A DNA stretch of 64,000 nucleotides, taken from positions 60,756 through 124,755 of the IMG/VR virus record IMGVR_UViG_3300021387_000573; one strand, given 5' to 3'. Source of the stretch: a virus (Duplodnaviria > Caudoviricetes). The notes beneath the pieces were generated by a model. The model was not told the DNA's origin and searched no databases. It saw nothing but the letters and a program-made list of their open reading frames with translations. A program made the translations under genes and the position numbers. Shown piece by piece: positions 60,872-64,000 of this stretch (position 1 is its first letter; every line of letters starts with the position of its first letter).

Positions 60872-60981
60872 GACCGCCACATATATGTATTATATTTATA
60901 TGCATAAATTTGATTGGAGCACTTGTAGTATCTTATTACATTTGTTAGTTGATTGCAAGGTTGCAATGAAATTTATAGCGC

Positions 60982-61023
60982 AAAAAATAAGGGTCTTCTA
61001 TAGTAGAAGACCCTTATTTTTTT
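60982..61023 (-). terminator. Bidirectional intrinsic terminator
   Basis: AAAAAATAAGGGTCTTCTA-tag-TAGAAGACCCTTATTTTTT. Confidence 0.85.
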
Positions 61024-61474
61024 ACAGGAAATCGTTATCGTCGAGCCGTTTGTCGTACACTTCAAGAATCTTTTTCTTTGCGGCGAGTGTTTTATTGTTT
61101 TGAAAATCCTTGTGTGCAACGCAGTATCGATCATATGCGTCGATGTCGGAAAGAATTTGATCAAACGTCTCTTGGGAATGCTTCACTCCTCGGCGCAGTT
61201 CGTCGGCAAATTGAAGTATCTCACGCCTGCAATCGATAATATCATTCCTCTCTAAGTCCGCCACAGATCCTTCAAGACTGTCCATCTTTTTCTCCATGTT
61301 ATCGATCTTCTCTTCGAGCTCACCGTTAGTCCTCTTCCCGATCCATTTCAGCGCAGTAGACAAAGGATTAAACTTGATTTTCTTGTTAAATTCAATTATG
61401 ACTGACAGTACGGCCAAACCAGCAGTTATCCATCCGACGATTTGTCTGACCGTCAGCCCCATCAGGGCGTCCAT
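61022..61474 (-). CDS. Membrane-anchored lysis-module protein
   Basis: N-terminal TM plus coiled coil; downstream of the holin. Confidence 0.7.
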   Translation of the reverse strand: MDALMGLTVRQIVGWITAGLAVLSVIIEFNKKIKFNPLSTALKWIGKRTNGELEEKIDNMEKKMDSLEGSVADLERNDIIDCRREILQFADELRRGVKHSQETFDQILSDIDAYDRYCVAHKDFQNNKTLAAKKKILEVYDKRLDDNDFL

Positions 61475-61486
61475 TTGACACCCCGT

Positions 61487-61690
61487 TTATTTCTGCTTGT
61501 TATACTCTGCCGTGCTGATACCGAGCAGAGCACCAAGCAGCGTGCAAATTACAGCGGCAGTCTTAGCCACTTCATCCGCAAATGGCCACGCCCAGACAGC
61601 GGCGAGGCCAACATAAGCAGTCGCCATCGCAGGAATCACAATCATGGTAATCCACTTCAGAATGTCGTACAGTTTGTCGTTGAGTTTCAT
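61487..61690 (-). CDS. Phage holin (Dp-1 type)
   Basis: MKLNDKLYDILKW...IPA...LGALLGIST..Y; two TMs. Confidence 0.88.
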   Translation of the reverse strand: MKLNDKLYDILKWITMIVIPAMATAYVGLAAVWAWPFADEVAKTAAVICTLLGALLGISTAEYNKQK

Positions 61691-61710
61691 AGTCTTTTCC
61701 TCCAATATTA

Positions 61711-62793
61711 TTATTTAAGCAGCTCTGCCCATGTTTTAGGGCCAACAACACCATCAATTTCAAGCCCATGTTCGCGTTGGAACCGAAGAACTGCTTTGTA
61801 TGTATTCCAGCCAAACTTGCCATCAGCGCCATAAGAACCACATGAGTATCCGAGCGCGACCAGTTTTTCTTGGAGTTCTTCAACAGAAGGACCTTTAGAA
61901 CCAAACCTTAAAATTGGCTTTTCTGGACTTGACATGGTTGGCGTTTTGGTGTCCTGCTGAGCCTTCTTATTCAGGAGTTCTTCAATTTTCGCCCAAGTTG
62001 CATGACCAACGATGCCGTCTACAACGAGGCCATTCTCATCCTGAAATTTATTTACCGCTTCCAGTGTTTCATCGCCGAAATTGCCGTCCGCACCATAGCG
62101 CGGCAGAGAATAGCCGAGTTCTATCAACTTCTCCTGAAGCTCTTTTACATAAGAGTTATTGTCGCCTTTTCGCAGGTTGTACTTATCGGGAGTAGTCACA
62201 GACTGTTCTGGTGCAGTTGTTACAGGTTGTTCAACATCGCTTTCGTCACTATCGTTGTCACAGACAAGTTCATATCTTGGGCGACCGTACCCGGCAATAT
62301 AGGAACTGTTAAGGTTGTATGTTCTGCGAGCTACCATATCAGAGGTATTGCCCTCAATGGTAGTAACGGTTGTAGCGGAGACGGACTCCACAACACCCGT
62401 GTGCCCGATTTCTCCACCAGAGCAGAAGAATATCTGGTCGCCAGGTTGCGGGTTAGATGTATGCCATCTACCAATATTTTTATAATACTGAGCAGAATAC
62501 ATACAACCTGCACCTGCGCTCTTCTGTGGTTGGCATAGAACTTGCATAGCGAGATCAGCTCCCCATGCCTTATAGTGGCACCAGTCGTTGAACATATCAC
62601 ACCATGCATACCCGTTTTTCCAACCATTGTAGAAATTAGTTATAGCATCGAGGTCTCTTGCATACTTTGTATAGTTCCCAGATCCTGCATTAACAATCTT
62701 GTCGTCGAGCTGGCTGTTGCTTGCCTTCTCGCGATATCCGATTTCGCCTCGTGCGATACTAAGAATCTTCTCAATCGCTTCTGCTTTTGTCAT
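61711..62793 (-). CDS. Endolysin: CHAP domain plus two PG_binding_1 domains
   Basis: AWCD, GHTGVV, IEGN; repeated LQEKL..LGY...GADG.FG..T..AV..FQ...GL..DG.VG..TW. Confidence 0.92.
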   Translation of the reverse strand: MTKAEAIEKILSIARGEIGYREKASNSQLDDKIVNAGSGNYTKYARDLDAITNFYNGWKNGYAWCDMFNDWCHYKAWGADLAMQVLCQPQKSAGAGCMYSAQYYKNIGRWHTSNPQPGDQIFFCSGGEIGHTGVVESVSATTVTTIEGNTSDMVARRTYNLNSSYIAGYGRPRYELVCDNDSDESDVEQPVTTAPEQSVTTPDKYNLRKGDNNSYVKELQEKLIELGYSLPRYGADGNFGDETLEAVNKFQDENGLVVDGIVGHATWAKIEELLNKKAQQDTKTPTMSSPEKPILRFGSKGPSVEELQEKLVALGYSCGSYGADGKFGWNTYKAVLRFQREHGLEIDGVVGPKTWAELLK

Positions 62794-62814
62794 TTAGCTC
62801 GACCTCCATATAAT

Positions 62815-62847
62815 AGTTTGACCGCCTCGAAAAGAGGCGGTCAGTTC
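62815..62847 (-). terminator. Hairpin / terminator
   Basis: TGACCGCCTC-gaaaa-GAGGCGGTCA. Confidence 0.6.
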
Positions 62848-62883
62848 GTTATAAAACTTGTATTTAATTGTATATATTGGTTA

Positions 62884-63291
62884 TTATTCTACAAGAACCC
62901 ATCCGTCTGGATATGCGTCAGGACTCCACACATTGTTGTCGATGGTCGATTCGTAGACCGTGGTATTCTTTTCTGGATACCATACCTTGTCACCCCTGTT
63001 ATACGCATCCTGTGCGCCTGTCGGCTGTTTCCAGACAGGGATCTCGCCTGGCTTCGCCACTTCGGTCCAAAGCGCGGGAGTAGCATCTGGAGTCCAGTCG
63101 GCTTGAGAAGTGTGCGCCTGTACACAGCGGTACAGTTTGACACCGTAGCGGATGCGGTCATCGGTGGTGTAGGCTTTATCTGCCGCCCACGCCGGGAACA
63201 GTTCGACAGCTTCAAGCGCGTCACCATCGTCAAGGCTGGCGGCGGCTTTTTCGATAAGCGCACGGAGCGCCATCAGTTTAGAGCGCTTCAT
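62884..63291 (-). CDS. Tail-associated carbohydrate-binding (CBM5/12-like) protein
   Basis: W...AY...DRIRYG.KLYRCVQAHTSQADW.P..TPALW; WKQPTGAQDAY. Confidence 0.75.
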   Translation of the reverse strand: MKRSKLMALRALIEKAAASLDDGDALEAVELFPAWAADKAYTTDDRIRYGVKLYRCVQAHTSQADWTPDATPALWTEVAKPGEIPVWKQPTGAQDAYNRGDKVWYPEKNTTVYESTIDNNVWSPDAYPDGWVLVE

Positions 63292-63554
63292 TCTGCACCT
63301 CCCAAGAGAATAGACAGGGCTTCGGCATCGTCCACATCATCATCAGCAGGCGGTTCAGGTTCGGGCTGGTTTTCCACCAGTTCCCACTCCAAAGTGTCAG
63401 CACGGAGCATATAGGTGTAACCATCGGGTGCAGACGGCGCGGAACGGATGATGGACAGGAGGTTGTTGTATTCTTCTTCGGTGATTTGCTTCTGCCCAAA
63501 GCCATTTGAGAGCGACTCGATATAGCCGCCGCAGATGTTTTTGTAAAAACTCAT
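63288..63554 (-). CDS. Small tail-region protein
   Basis: Coupled ORF. Confidence 0.6.
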   Translation of the reverse strand: MSFYKNICGGYIESLSNGFGQKQITEEEYNNLLSIIRSAPSAPDGYTYMLRADTLEWELVENQPEPEPPADDDVDDAEALSILLGGAE

Positions 63555-64000
63555 GCTGTCGAACGCCTCCTTGCAAAAATAACGATGTACCTATACTCAA
63601 CGCCGGACAAAAACTTATAAGCACTCCCAGCAGTACTTACCCTAAGGCTATTGTCCTCCAAAACATGTTCGTATGAACCACCGCTTTTCCATGAATGGTC
63701 GTTGGCATTTGGCGTGTAAAACATCGGCGTGAGTTGTGTCCCACCAATGGTCGAAGGCCAAGCGTTCTGTGTGCGCGTTATAAATAGACCAGCGGCGTAG
63801 TTGTCATATTCTTCGTTCCCCTCGTAGTTCGCCCAAAATTCGTCTGGCATAATGATGAAAAGGTTCCACATGATATATTCGTTTAGGTCGACAACGCTTG
63901 AATCAAATGGAATAGTGGTTTTATAAGCCGCCGATGCAAGTGTGAATGTACCGGAAACGGCTTTTATAGGTGGATTTGACAGAGCCGTGCCTTCAATATC
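63551..64000 (-). CDS. C-terminus of probable tail fibre protein (partial)
   Basis: Open frame running off the window end; position upstream of the lysis genes. Confidence 0.5.
   Translation of the reverse strand, partial: DIEGTALSNPPIKAVSGTFTLASAAYKTTIPFDSSVVDLNEYIMWNLFIIMPDEFWANYEGNEEYDNYAAGLFITRTQNAWPSTIGGTQLTPMFYTPNANDHSWKSGGSYEHVLEDNSLRVSTAGSAYKFLSGVEYRYIVIFARRRSTA

Noticed and set aside
1-64000. Stop-codon recoding or diversity-generating retroelement
   Set aside because: Core genes are intact in the standard code, no suppressor tRNA, no reverse transcriptase and no TR/VR pair seen

Overview
This window looks like part of a large temperate phage of an anaerobic Firmicute (probably Clostridia). 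It reads in the standard genetic code and appears to be in the excised state, with an intact attP at ~60.6-60.9 kb whose core is the 3' half of tRNA-Pro(CGG). Layout on the + strand: 0-17.7 kb, small accessory genes, a twister ribozyme, a PTP-like phosphatase and a Thg1-like gene. 17.8-21.3 kb, a tyrosine recombinase, an orphan MazF and an MrpR/YopR-like gene. 21.3-23.7 kb, 8 tRNAs interleaved with unexplained structured RNAs. 24-25 kb, an ImmA/XRE pair (- strand). 26.4-30.3 kb, a split, permuted C5 methyltransferase plus RNA ligase and PNK-HD. 30-39 kb, a second accessory array containing a tRNA-mimic RNA. 39-57.5 kb, replication genes (SSAP, SSB, DnaB, DnaG, DnaE with a group I intron and GIY-YIG) and nucleotide metabolism (gmk, nrdH-D-HNH-G, dut, NCS2 permease, NDTs). 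59-60.9 kb, xis-int-attP. Lysis and tail genes follow on the - strand. The strongest unexplained signal is about 30 copies of an 18-bp palindrome, ATNAAA-N6-TTTNAT, at gene junctions in the accessory arrays; I saw none in the core replication or lysis modules. Five copies are paired with a second palindrome, AAAGTGCCC-N7-GGGCACTTT. This suggests a gene-cassette shuffling system. All calls are by-eye motif recognition; no database searches were run.
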